Shown: positions 19,861 to 30,200 of the stretch, one piece after another
Position numbering within the stretch: the first letter of the stretch is position 1
How the letters are laid out: every line of letters begins with the position of its first letter
Assembly (NCBI GenBank): GCA_963702895.1
Contig: OY969767.1
Location: 2,304,001 to 2,368,000 of the forward strand
Origin: an uncultured Elusimicrobia bacterium
Lineage (GTDB): Bacteria; Elusimicrobiota; Elusimicrobia; 2-01-FULL-59-12
Reading direction: 5' to 3'
DNA length: 64,000 nucleotides
The notes under the pieces: generated by a model
The model's database searches: none
Seen by the model: only the letters and a program-made list of their open reading frames with translations
What the model was told of the DNA's origin: nothing
Made by a program: the position numbers and the translations under genes

Positions 19861-20451
19861 TTAGTTTGCCCTTCTCAGCATCGTCCAGATCATCTCCGAC
19901 ACCAAAGCTACAGAGTTTTGCAGGTTTTCCGTGATCGCGCCATACATTTTGACGACGGCGACCCGGATGACGCCCCCGACAAAAAGCGATCCCAACACAT
20001 AGGGGTCTCCCGAACGAATTTCCCCGCTCTTTTGTCCCTCTTTGACAATGCGCAGCACCACGTGACCCGGGTGAATATAGGCTTCCGCGAACTTCTCGAG
20101 CTCGCTGTGCTCGCGCAGAATAAGGTAAGTGTAGAGCTCAGGGTCAGACTCGAAAGCGGAAAAAGACTCGGATACAAAGGCCCGGATGCGCTTTTCGGCC
20201 CCCTCCTCCGCAAACACTTTGGCTTCGAGCTCTTTTGTAAAAGCATCCAGGTGGGTGCTGAAGAGGCTCCAGGCCAACTCGTCCTTGCTCTTGAAGTGAC
20301 GGTAGAGCGCTCCTTCCGCGACTCCAGCCTCCCGGGCAATATCTTTAATGGTTGTTCCATCAATGCCCTTCTTCACAAACAGCTTAATCGCTGCCCGCAT
20401 GACCATGGGCAGCTTTGTAGTTTCCTTGTTCTTTTCAATTATGAAATTCAT
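19861..20451 (-). CDS. TetR/AcrR family transcriptional regulator
   Basis: LFVKKGIDGTTIKDIAREAGVAEGALYRHFKSKDEL HTH. Confidence 0.95.
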   Translation of the reverse strand: MNFIIEKNKETTKLPMVMRAAIKLFVKKGIDGTTIKDIAREAGVAEGALYRHFKSKDELAWSLFSTHLDAFTKELEAKVFAEEGAEKRIRAFVSESFSAFESDPELYTYLILREHSELEKFAEAYIHPGHVVLRIVKEGQKSGEIRSGDPYVLGSLFVGGVIRVAVVKMYGAITENLQNSVALVSEMIWTMLRRAN

Positions 20452-20497
20452 GTGAGTGAGTATTCACATATATAACAGACCATCGAAGATTTGTCAA
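20450..20497 (-). promoter_or_regulatory. tetR promoter with overlapping imperfect palindrome (likely autoregulatory operator)
   Basis: TTGACA (20497-20492)-N17-TATATA; atgtga-N8-tcacat at 20450-20469. Confidence 0.6.
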
Positions 20498-20544
20498 ATT
20501 AATTTTTGGTTAATTACTATTTATGTCTATATTTAGATTTGATT

Positions 20545-20943
20545 TTATCCGCGGCGTAGGGTGCGGACAGGTTGCGTGTTTCGAATGGTGAGATGTTGGG
20601 TGTTGCCAGGGCAACTGAGCTCCGAGCTGGCACAACTGTATTGGCGGGAACCGATGCCCTGTGGGATATTGATGCAGCATACGGATGGGTGACTAAAAAA
20701 TCCGGATTTACATTCTTGATTGCCACACCAGAAGGACGGGCATTTTTGTCCAGCGGGAACACACTCCCCCTTAATGTAGGGAGGAGCCGAGGTATGGTCC
20801 CCCGTAAACGTCGCGATCGCATGCTCACAGCAGAGCTCTTGGTCCAGGCACGTCAGCCCCTCATCTCCGCAGGGAGCATCGGCCATCGCGCCGAGGGGCA
20901 CGAGAAGCAAAGCCAGTCCAAGCGAGAATGCCAACGGTTTCAT
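20545..20943 (-). CDS. Small secreted cysteine-rich protein (2 x C-C-CC-C-C)
   Basis: Signal peptide MKPLAFSLGLALLLVPLGAMA; 12 Cys. Confidence 0.75.
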   Translation of the reverse strand: MKPLAFSLGLALLLVPLGAMADAPCGDEGLTCLDQELCCEHAIATFTGDHTSAPPYIKGECVPAGQKCPSFWCGNQECKSGFFSHPSVCCINIPQGIGSRQYSCASSELSCPGNTQHLTIRNTQPVRTLRRG

Positions 20944-21189
20944 GACACCCCAGAACTACACCAGGAAGAGTCGAAAAGCAATGGAAAAATTGAGGGACCA
21001 GAATCAGAACACGAAGAGGAGTGAGCTAGCAAAATAGGTCTATTATTATACACGTTTTGTTTTCCGTGCTCTTTTCTCGTTCCTCTGCCCTCTCTCTCCT
21101 GAGTTCATGGTTCGTCGTCTTTCGATCGACGCTGCTCAGCGCTCAGGTCCTTCTGGCGACGGCGGACAGGTCCGCTTTAGCAACCCAAT

Positions 21190-23049
21190 TTACTCGTCAT
21201 CCTTCGAACGTCGATGGTCAGCGGTTAAGTCTTTTTTGCGGAGGCGGATGCTTTTGGGGGTAACCTCCACGAGCTCGTCATCAGCGATGAACTCGATGGC
21301 CTGCTCGAGTGAGAGGACCCGCGGCGGGGCAAGGAGAATCAAATCATCGGAGCCCGTCGCGCGCATGTTGGAGAGCTTCTTGGCCTTGCAGGGGTTGACG
21401 ACCGTGTCATTATCGCGGGAATGCTCTCCAATAATCATCCCCTGGTACACAGAAACGCCCGCTCCCAGGAAGAGCACACCTCGTTCCTGGAGGTTGTCGA
21501 GCGCGTAGGCGGTTGTGTCACCCGGTTCCTTGGCCACCATCACACCGTTTAAGCGCTTGGCCACCGAAGCGACTTTGGGAATGTAGCCGTGAAAGCTGTG
21601 GTGCATGATGCCCGTGCCGCGCGTGCGCGTGAGGAGCTCGTTCTTAAATCCAATGAGCGCGCGCGCGGTGATGATGTACTCGAGGCGCAGCCGGTCTTCC
21701 CCCTCCACCACCATGTTTTTCATTTCCGCGCCGCGGCGTCCGAGGCTCTCCAAAACCGCCCCTTGATAGTCTTTTTGCACATCCACAATCAAATACTCCG
21801 CCGGCTCAAGGGTTTTGCCGCCCTCTTCTTTGTAAATCACCTGCGGCCGTGAAACAGAAAGTTCAAAGCCCTCGCGCCGCATGGTCTCAATCAAGATGGC
21901 CAGATGAAGCTCTCCCCGCCCAGACACCTTAAACACGCCGGTATTGCCCATTTCTTCGATCAGAAGCCCGACATTGGTTTCCCTTTCGCGCTCCAGACGA
22001 TCCCGGAGCTGCCGGGAGGTGAGAAAGATTCCCCCGTCTTTTCCGGCAAAGGGACTGTCATTGACCAAAAAGTCCATCGAAAGCGTCGGTTCGTCGACGG
22101 TCAGCGGGGGCAGCGCAACGGGATGGGCCATGTCCGCAAAGGTGAGCCCCACCGTCACTTCGGAGCAGCCCGCAATGGCCACAATGTCGCCGGCCTGGGC
22201 CGAGTCGACGTCCTGCCGGCTAAGACCCACAAAGCCTTGGAGTTGTGTCACACGGAACGGGACATTCCCCTCCGGTCGTACGAGAACCACAGCTTGCCCT
22301 TTCGAGATTTTGCCATTCGAGATACGGCCAATCCCGATGCGCCCGACGAAATCATTGTAGTCGAGCATCGTAATCAGCATCTGCAGCGGCGCTTCTGCGT
22401 GCGCGAGCGGCGCCGGTACGTGTTTGACGATCGTCTCAAACAACGGCTCCATGCTCATCGTCCGACGTGCGACGTCCGACGTCGGGCCTCGGACCTCGGA
22501 CGGTTTGTAGTCGAGGGTCGCCCACCCTTCGCGTCCCGAAGCGTAGAGGATCGGGAAGTCCAACTGGGGGTCTGAAGCGCCCAGGTTGACGAAAAGATCA
22601 AAGGTGTGGTTCAAGGCCTGCTCCGGCACCGCCGCGGGGACGTCCACTTTGTTGATCACCACAATCGGGCAAAGCCCGAGATCGAGCGACTTCTTGAGCA
22701 CGAAACGGGTCTGCGGCATCGGGCCGTCTTTGGCGTCCACCAGCAGCAGGACGCCGTCGACCATCTTCAAGATGCGTTCGACTTCGCTGCCGAAGTCGGC
22801 GTGGCCCGGGGTGTCCACGATATTGATCGTGATGCCTTGATAAGGGACCGAGGTGCACTTCGCCAGGATCGTAATGCCGCGCTCGCGCTCCAGAGGATTG
22901 GAGTCGAGGACTGTCTCTTGGGCCTCGTCCGCCTTCACCTTGAACTCGCCCGTTTGCTGCAAAAGGGCGTCGACTAAGGTGGTCTTCCCGTGGTCGACAT
23001 GCGCAATGATGGCGATATTTCGGACGTTTTGACGGCGTTGTTCGGTCAT
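21190..23049 (-). CDS. typA: Translational GTPase TypA/BipA
   Basis: AHVDHGKTT, ERGITI, DTPGHADF, GRGELHL, EVTPKSIRLRK. Confidence 0.97.
   Translation of the reverse strand: MTEQRRQNVRNIAIIAHVDHGKTTLVDALLQQTGEFKVKADEAQETVLDSNPLERERGITILAKCTSVPYQGITINIVDTPGHADFGSEVERILKMVDGVLLLVDAKDGPMPQTRFVLKKSLDLGLCPIVVINKVDVPAAVPEQALNHTFDLFVNLGASDPQLDFPILYASGREGWATLDYKPSEVRGPTSDVARRTMSMEPLFETIVKHVPAPLAHAEAPLQMLITMLDYNDFVGRIGIGRISNGKISKGQAVVLVRPEGNVPFRVTQLQGFVGLSRQDVDSAQAGDIVAIAGCSEVTVGLTFADMAHPVALPPLTVDEPTLSMDFLVNDSPFAGKDGGIFLTSRQLRDRLERERETNVGLLIEEMGNTGVFKVSGRGELHLAILIETMRREGFELSVSRPQVIYKEEGGKTLEPAEYLIVDVQKDYQGAVLESLGRRGAEMKNMVVEGEDRLRLEYIITARALIGFKNELLTRTRGTGIMHHSFHGYIPKVASVAKRLNGVMVAKEPGDTTAYALDNLQERGVLFLGAGVSVYQGMIIGEHSRDNDTVVNPCKAKKLSNMRATGSDDLILLAPPRVLSLEQAIEFIADDELVEVTPKSIRLRKKDLTADHRRSKDDE
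22459..22502. repeat. Family C heptamer array, in frame within typA
   Basis: Encodes SEVRGPTSDVARRT; 27 nt identical to 2798-2824. Confidence 0.85.
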
Positions 23050-23082
23050 AAGGAGGTGGGATTATAGATGATTTCTACAACA

Positions 23083-23171
23083 TGGGGACGTTCCATCACA
23101 AACGTCACAAACTCTAGAGAGCCAAGAACAAGACGTCGGGAGTTTGTGACGTTTGTGATGGAACGTCCCCA
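23083..23171. repeat. Long perfect hairpin, family D
   Basis: 32-bp perfect inverted repeat (23083-23114 / 23140-23171) with a 25-nt loop; GGGGACGTTCC ends. Confidence 0.9.
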
Positions 23172-23175
23172 AGCC

Positions 23176-24276
23176 TTATAACGCGAGGAGTTGTTCGAGG
23201 GCGGAGCTGTCAGCGTCCTTGGGAGCCGAGGGGTTGTCATCCATGCCCGCCGCGGCCGAGGCTTGCTTCATTTGCGCGTGACCAGGCACATCGAGATTTT
23301 CTCCGACAGGTCCAAACTTCACATGCAAGCTAAAGCGGTAAGCGTTGCCGAGTTCGCCGAAGGGAACCCAGGCAAAATCGATGATGCCCCGACCGAGGGA
23401 CAGACCCGATCCGATCGAAAGACCTTTCAATCCATCCACGTCGCTATCGGTCCGATATCCCGCTCGCACCGCATAGCCGAGATCGCTCGTCACCCGCCCG
23501 CGATATTCGGTTCCGAAAGCCGCTCCGATCTCGTGATCCCGCGGCATGATCAAGTCACTCGACACGAGCATCTTCCGTTCAAGCAGCGGCGCGCTCGCGC
23601 CGAGACGGTAGGTGAGCGGAAGGGGGTCGGACTCATCGATGAATTTCACCTTCGAACCCAGGTTTTGGAACGAAGCTCCCAGGCGAACATCGTGCCAGTC
23701 CGTGAGGTAGAGCAAGCCACCGTCAGCTGCAAAGGCATCGGCCTTGACCGAATCGAGCGTCTGCCGGATGTATTTGGCGCTCGCACCGAGGGAGAACCGC
23801 GAGGTCAGGCTCTTGCCATAGCTCAGACCATAAGCGCTGTCCGAAGCACTGAAGTCGCCGATGGGAGCGTCTGTGTCCTCGGTTCTTCGCTCCAGGTCGC
23901 TCATGTGCAAATTGGTGATGGCCACGGCCCAGGTGCCGTGAGAAGTGGTCGGCACGGCAAAAGCCGCAAACTCGTAGGCCATGTTTTGGAAATACTGCAT
24001 ATGCATGCCCGTGATTTCTGAATGCTTGAGCAGACCAAGTCCCGCCGGGTTCCAATAGAGGGCGTGAATGTCATCGGCGACACCCGTAAAGGCCTCGCCC
24101 ATGCCGACCGGACGCGCGCCGGGGGCAATCTTGAGGAAGGCGGCGCCGGAGGTCCCCGCATTGTCCTTGCCGAACGCAGCAACGGCTGACGGCGAAAATA
24201 GAGAATAGAAAATAGTTAGAGCCATCAAGACTCTATTGTCTATTCTCCATTTTCGCTGTTGGCCGTAACCGGTCAT
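23176..24276 (-). CDS. PorV/PorQ-family outer-membrane beta-barrel
   Basis: FLKIAPGARPVGMGEAF, ALYWNPAGL, QNLG..DPLP motifs; ATGA overlap with the upstream giant gene. Confidence 0.85.
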   Translation of the reverse strand: MTGYGQQRKWRIDNRVLMALTIFYSLFSPSAVAAFGKDNAGTSGAAFLKIAPGARPVGMGEAFTGVADDIHALYWNPAGLGLLKHSEITGMHMQYFQNMAYEFAAFAVPTTSHGTWAVAITNLHMSDLERRTEDTDAPIGDFSASDSAYGLSYGKSLTSRFSLGASAKYIRQTLDSVKADAFAADGGLLYLTDWHDVRLGASFQNLGSKVKFIDESDPLPLTYRLGASAPLLERKMLVSSDLIMPRDHEIGAAFGTEYRGRVTSDLGYAVRAGYRTDSDVDGLKGLSIGSGLSLGRGIIDFAWVPFGELGNAYRFSLHVKFGPVGENLDVPGHAQMKQASAAAGMDDNPSAPKDADSSALEQLLAL

Positions 24277-27200
24277 TTGATCACCGCCATCTTCCATGTC
24301 TTTTTGTGGTCGCCCACTTTGAGCAGCCCGACATAGACGCCCGACGCCACGTTGTTGCCGGAATCGTTTTTCCCGTCCCAAGCCACATAGTGATAGATGT
24401 CTTCGGAGGCGTTGCCCAAGTCAATCGAGCGGACCTTCTCGCCGACGACGTTAAAGATGTCGAGATGTGCGCGCCCCCCTTTGCCCGCCGGAAGGAGGTA
24501 ACGGACGATGGTGCCGGTTGTGTCCATCGTGCTCGTCGAGCCGCCGTGATTGAGCGTCTTGGTCTTCGCGGTCAGATCAAAGGGGTTCGGGAAATTGAAG
24601 ACTTTGATATCGGCGGCGGAGCCGCTGTCGCCGTCGGTGATGACCACGGGGAGGCTGTTTTGAAGAACGACAAAGGTGGAAAAGTGGCTGACGTTCACTG
24701 TGATCGTGCGGTTGACGGCATCGATGGTACGGTTGGCGTTCTCGATCAGATACTTGGAGCCATCAAAATAGTAGATGTTGATCGCGCTCGGGTCCGCTCC
24801 TGTGTCGTATTGAAGCGTGAGCGTCGCCGACTGGTTGAGCGTGTGGGAGAGCCCCGCCGGCAAGAGCACGCTGTAGAACGAGCTCAAGGGGTTGATCGTG
24901 GCTGAGGCATGCGCCGCTTTCATGGCTTGATAGGCCTCGGGGACATAAGCCGCTTCGCCGCGGGCGAGCTGGACCCCGAGCGCCGCCGCGCGCGCGCCGC
25001 GGCCGGCGCGCATGCCCGGCGCCTGCGCGGGCAAATCGGCGGCATCTTCCGTTGCCGTGAAACTGATGCCATAACTCGCATCGGCGTCGACGGCAGCCCC
25101 CTCCTCATCCAACAAGGCATTGGCCGGCAAATCGACGCCGGAGGGATCACCGGCGGATTCCGCCAGCGTCACTTCGCCGCCCAACACAGGGTTAATATTT
25201 TGTTCCGCGGACGCTCTCTGACCAAAGCGCAGGATGACGGATTTGGTGATCGGAAATTCATTGCCGGTGCTGGGATCGATGTCGACGGCAGAGCCGCTTA
25301 AACGCAGCGTGGCGGTCTGCTCCTCCGCCGGCGGCGTATAGAGAACACTCATGGTGCGGCGGTCGCCCCCGATCGCAAACGAGCTCAAGGCCCCATTGCC
25401 TGCGGTCACCGTGAGGAGGCTCGCCATGTCGTTATCCGCGGGCAGGACATTCCTCAACGCCCGGCTGAGATAGAACGTGGCCTCCACCGCGCTGCCGACC
25501 TTCTTTACCTGGACGTAGGCTGTCGGCGCGGAGGGCTGGTAGGTGAGCGTGAGGTTCTTCTCTTCTGAATCGCTCGAGAAAGCCAGGTTTCTGCCTTCGT
25601 TGGGCGAGGTGATGTTGTCACGATTATCGAAGAGAAGCACCGAGTAGCGCTTCGTGGAATCAAAACCGGAGAACCGGATCGACCGGATGGTCCGCGTGTG
25701 CTCGTCTTTCGAGATCTGGCCGAAGATGATCGTGCCAAGATCGGCCGTGACGGCGACGGCAAATTCAACATCCTCCGAGCTGACGTCCGAGCCGTCTGTT
25801 TTCTGCAATGTGGTGTTGAGGATGGCCCCTACCTGCAGCGTGATGGTGCCGGCGTTGTTGGATCCGGCTTCGATGGTGAAAGCGAATTTATGGGGTTTGT
25901 AGTTGAGCGAGACGACCTGCACGTCATACCGGCCCGGAACGAGGCTCGTGATGGAGAAGCTCCCGTCGAGATTGCTCGCCGCCTGGATGTCGCCCAGGGG
26001 ATTGTCGCCGGCCGTCGGCACACCCTGCTTTTGCAGATAGATCGCCGCCGCAGGATAACCCTGCTCTTTGTCTCCGTCGGGATAACCCAGAGGCCCGCTG
26101 TCCATGGTCAGGACCTGTCCGGAGAGCGACGCGTTGGCCCCCTCCAGCGTGAACGCCACCGTGGGCAGGGGGGTCTGCGTCACGTCGACGGCTTTTTTGA
26201 TGACCTGGCCGTAGGCGGAGGGCGGGGTGGTGTCGCCGATCCAGGGACGCGGGGCGGCGATGATGTCATAGGACTTCAGGTCAGGGTTGATGCCGCTCAG
26301 CGTAAACTGACCCGCCGTGTCCGTAAAGGTTTCGGCCTCGTTAGAGTAGTCGTGTTTGCCTGACGGGCGCGCGCGGACCCGGATGTTCGGCAGAGCGTTG
26401 CCGCTTGTATCCTCGACCGTACCGGTCAGGGAGAGCCCCTGTTTGAGCTCGATCGTGCCGAGGTCCGTCACCTGCCCTTCCGTCACGATGAGCTGCCCTT
26501 TGACATACGACGCCAGGCTCACGCTGCCCTCTCCCACGAAAGCGGCACCGAAGGAATCCTGCCGGAACTGCACATCGTAGGTGCCCGGAACGAGCCCGTC
26601 GATGTGGAACTGGTTGCTGGCGTTGATATCGACATGGAACCCCGTGGAGCTCGTCGACATGGAAGCTTCCTGATAGCCTCCCTCCACCCAGGGATTGGCC
26701 ATCGCCGCGATGCGGAAGTTGTTGGGCAGGACCGTGATGTTATTGGGCGTCACCAGGGTTGAGACCGGCTCCCCGTCGGGAGTTTTCCCGAGGATGGAGA
26801 GTTTCCCAATAATGCGGCTCGCGCGCGCCAGGGTGATGTTCAGAGCGGGGATATCAGCCCCATCAATTTCGAAAGTGGCGGGTTTGGCCGAATACTTGCG
26901 CGTCATCTGCATCAGGCTGGGGTCCCATGTCCCAGGATCACGGATGATCAGGGCGTAATTTCCCGAGGGCAGGTTCTTGAAGAGATAGGCGACGGAGGAC
27001 GCGGGACTGCCCGCGGAGCCAATTTGAAGTGAAGAGGATTGCACATAATCCCCCCGATCCGTGACGATGATGACTTCAAAAGTCCTGTGATCGGTGGCTC
27101 CCCCCGGCAGCGAGATCGTGCCGCCCACGCTGTTGCCCGCCGTCAGGCCGAAGTCGATGTCGGTTTTGTTGCCCGCGGTGATGGTCAGCGTCTGCCGGGT

Positions 27201-30200
27201 GACCGCCATGCTCGGCACCGTGCCGCCATCCAGGTACGGGAAGACGCTGACTTCCCACAAACCGGGCGTGATGCCCGGGATGACGTAACTGCCGTCCGCC
27301 TGGATCGCACCGTATTTGATGTCGGCGCCAAAAAAGGAGCTGTCGAATCCTCTCCGGCTGGCCCCGCCATACGAATGGAACTGCTTCGGGAAAGCTTCCA
27401 CGCGCGCGGTGGGAACGATCACGGGAATGCCGTTGATATAGAAATATTGTGTGGTCGCGTTCGACAGGAGCTCACTGATCGTATTGATCGTGACGGGTGT
27501 TCCGCTGGTCGGGGTGACGGTGAACGGCGACTGGATCGTCACGCTGCCGCTGATCACATAGGTCGGCGCGCTCAGATCAAGCTCCAGGGTGCTCGTCTGG
27601 CCATTCACGACCGCGATGGAGCGCCGCATGTGGGCGCCTGTTGTTCCATAAACGGCCGTGACATCGAAGAATCCGCTCCCAAGACGTGGAAGGGCGTAGG
27701 TCGCGCCGGCGGCCGCCACGCTGGTGCTGATCATCGGTCCGTTGACGGAGATGAACACCTGGTTGTAATCCACGCTGCCGCCGGGCAGCGTGATCGAACC
27801 GCCGATTTGGCCCGTATTTTCAGTGAGGAGCAAGTTCAATGTTCCAACACCGCCTGTGACGGTCGCGGATTTGGGGCCTGGGGGCGTCAGTTCAAAACCA
27901 GACACATAGGGTGGGTAGACCTGGTAGGTGCCGTCCGCCAGGCCGCCAATCTGATAAGAGCCGCTGGTGGAGGTGGCGCTCGTCGCGAGCGTCACCTGCG
28001 CGAATTCGCCGGAACCCAGCGACGGCGAATAAGCGTTGATCCAGAGGGACAGGCTTGGGGAGGCCGAGGTATCACCTTGCACCGTGATGGTGCCCGAGAT
28101 CTTGCCTCCCGTACTGAAGCTCGTGCTGGGGATGTCGAGACCACCGTTGATGAAATCGCCGATATCACTTCCGGTGACCGTGGTGGAAACGACGACGGGC
28201 AGGTACCCCTGGGCACGGATTTTGAACGAATAGTTGCCGGCGGGCACGTTATAAACCTGAAAGATGGCCGTGGATTGGCCGATCTCAAAATACGCGCCGC
28301 CCCATACCATCGGGGAGGTTTGGCCGGAGAGGATGCCTTCGACTGGAACCCACATGGAGTGATCGGTTGCCGCGGGCAGGGTGATCAGGCCAAAGACGTT
28401 GGCGGGACGCGTCAGGTTAAACACGGGCACATCGACCGTTTCCCCGGCGCTGACCGTCACCGTTTGCTGCATCGGCGGGAAGCTCGGCATGTGGAGCCGC
28501 ACCGTATAGGAGCCGGGCTGCGCGGCGATGATCGTCCACGTCGACGGATTGAAATAGTCCCCGTTGTCCGAGGTTGTGGAGCTCATCTGGAAACGGATGG
28601 AGCTCCAATAATTTTGTGAATAGTCCGCCGTATACGCATTCACCTGGCCAAAGAGCTGGAAGGGAGCGGCCTGGCTCAAGGTTGCCGCGACGCGGATTTT
28701 GGCCGGCCGGCTCACCGTGATATCCGCCGTGGCGGACGGCGCGGTGATGTTGAAAAGAGAGCCGGATACGGCGCTCATCGTATTCGGGTCGTAGAAGGAG
28801 ACTTGAAGGTGATAAGCTTGTCCGCTGGTCAGACCGTTGATCGAATAATTACCATTTCCATCGGTCATGGCCCCGCCAAAACCATAGCCGGATGTCGCAT
28901 TGGCATTGACCCAGACGTTCGCCATGGGGGTGGCGCCCAGTCGCACTTTCCCTGAGATGCTCGCACCCGAAACCGTGATGGACAAGCTGGTGTCCGGCGG
29001 CATGCCGGGGACCTCCATTCGCACCTGGTAGACGCCATTCGGAACAATCGCACTTCCAGACGGGCCAAACATGTTTCGGCCATCCCACTGCATGGTCCCG
29101 AACGGATCCCCCGTCCCCCAGCGCTCATAGACCCGGGTCACGAAGTTGTCGCTGGAGATTCGCACGCGCCAGGAGATGTCGTCGTCCGACGGCGTAAAGC
29201 GGATGAAGACATAGTCGTTCTCGCCGTCATTGTTGGGAGTGAGTGTAAAGGTGCTGGTCCCGGACCCCGCCATGCCGCTGTCCAGCGACGCGTCGGAGAA
29301 CGTGACAGCAGAGCTGAACACATGGACTTGCCTGGAAACGGAGGTGGGATGGCCGAACTGGATATCCAGATAGCTGGCGCGGATCGAAAGGTTGGTGCCC
29401 ACCGTGTTGGTCCGGTAGAAGAAGGAGCTTTGCGTGGCTCCCGTGGACAAGGTGACGGACGTGATCAGCGCCGAAAAGTCCGACGTTGCGGAAAACTCCG
29501 CGTTCGGATCGGTCGTGATATAGTCCGGCAGCAGTCCACTCAAGTCCATGACCACCGACCCCGCCACGGGAGCGATACTCCAGCAGCTTGACCGGCCTGT
29601 GACGGTAATCGTGGAGGAAGCCAGCCCGCTCACCACCGACAGGGGTTCCTGAGGCGTGAAGGAAATGCTGGCGGCGGTCGATACGATGATGGATTGCGCC
29701 GGCTGCGTGACGATATTCTGGAATGAGGCGCCCCCGGCCGAACGGCTGGACACTGTCCAATAGACCGTCGACTGCCCTGGAAGAGGGCACGGGCTCCACA
29801 ACCTGGAAATGAAGACCTGAATCGTGGCGCCGGCGGCGAGGGTCTGTCCGCTGTCCAGGGTCACCGCGACCGAAGCATCCGACATGGAGGGGGTCAGGGC
29901 GAGCGTTCTGGAAGGATTGCTCGCGGCCGCGACATGGCCCGGCATTCCCGGACTGGTCGTCTGTAAATACGGCCCCCATCCAAAGGGAAGCTGCACTTGG
30001 ACCCCGCCACCCGGGAAATAGTTGCCGCTGGGCACAATAAAGGTCATGGTCGCCGTTTGAACCATCGCGCCTTCCGCAAGGCTGGCCGGTACAAGGGTGG
30101 CCGCACCCTCTCCGGCGGAAATGCCGCCGGGGGATAACGTCCTCGTGCTGGCGATCGTTAGAAAATTCGTGGGGATACCATCTCCATTCCTGGCCCGAAC

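Noticed and set aside
20985..21110. Purine-rich / pyrimidine-rich mirrored stretch after typA
   Set aside because: Too degenerate to define a repeat or terminator
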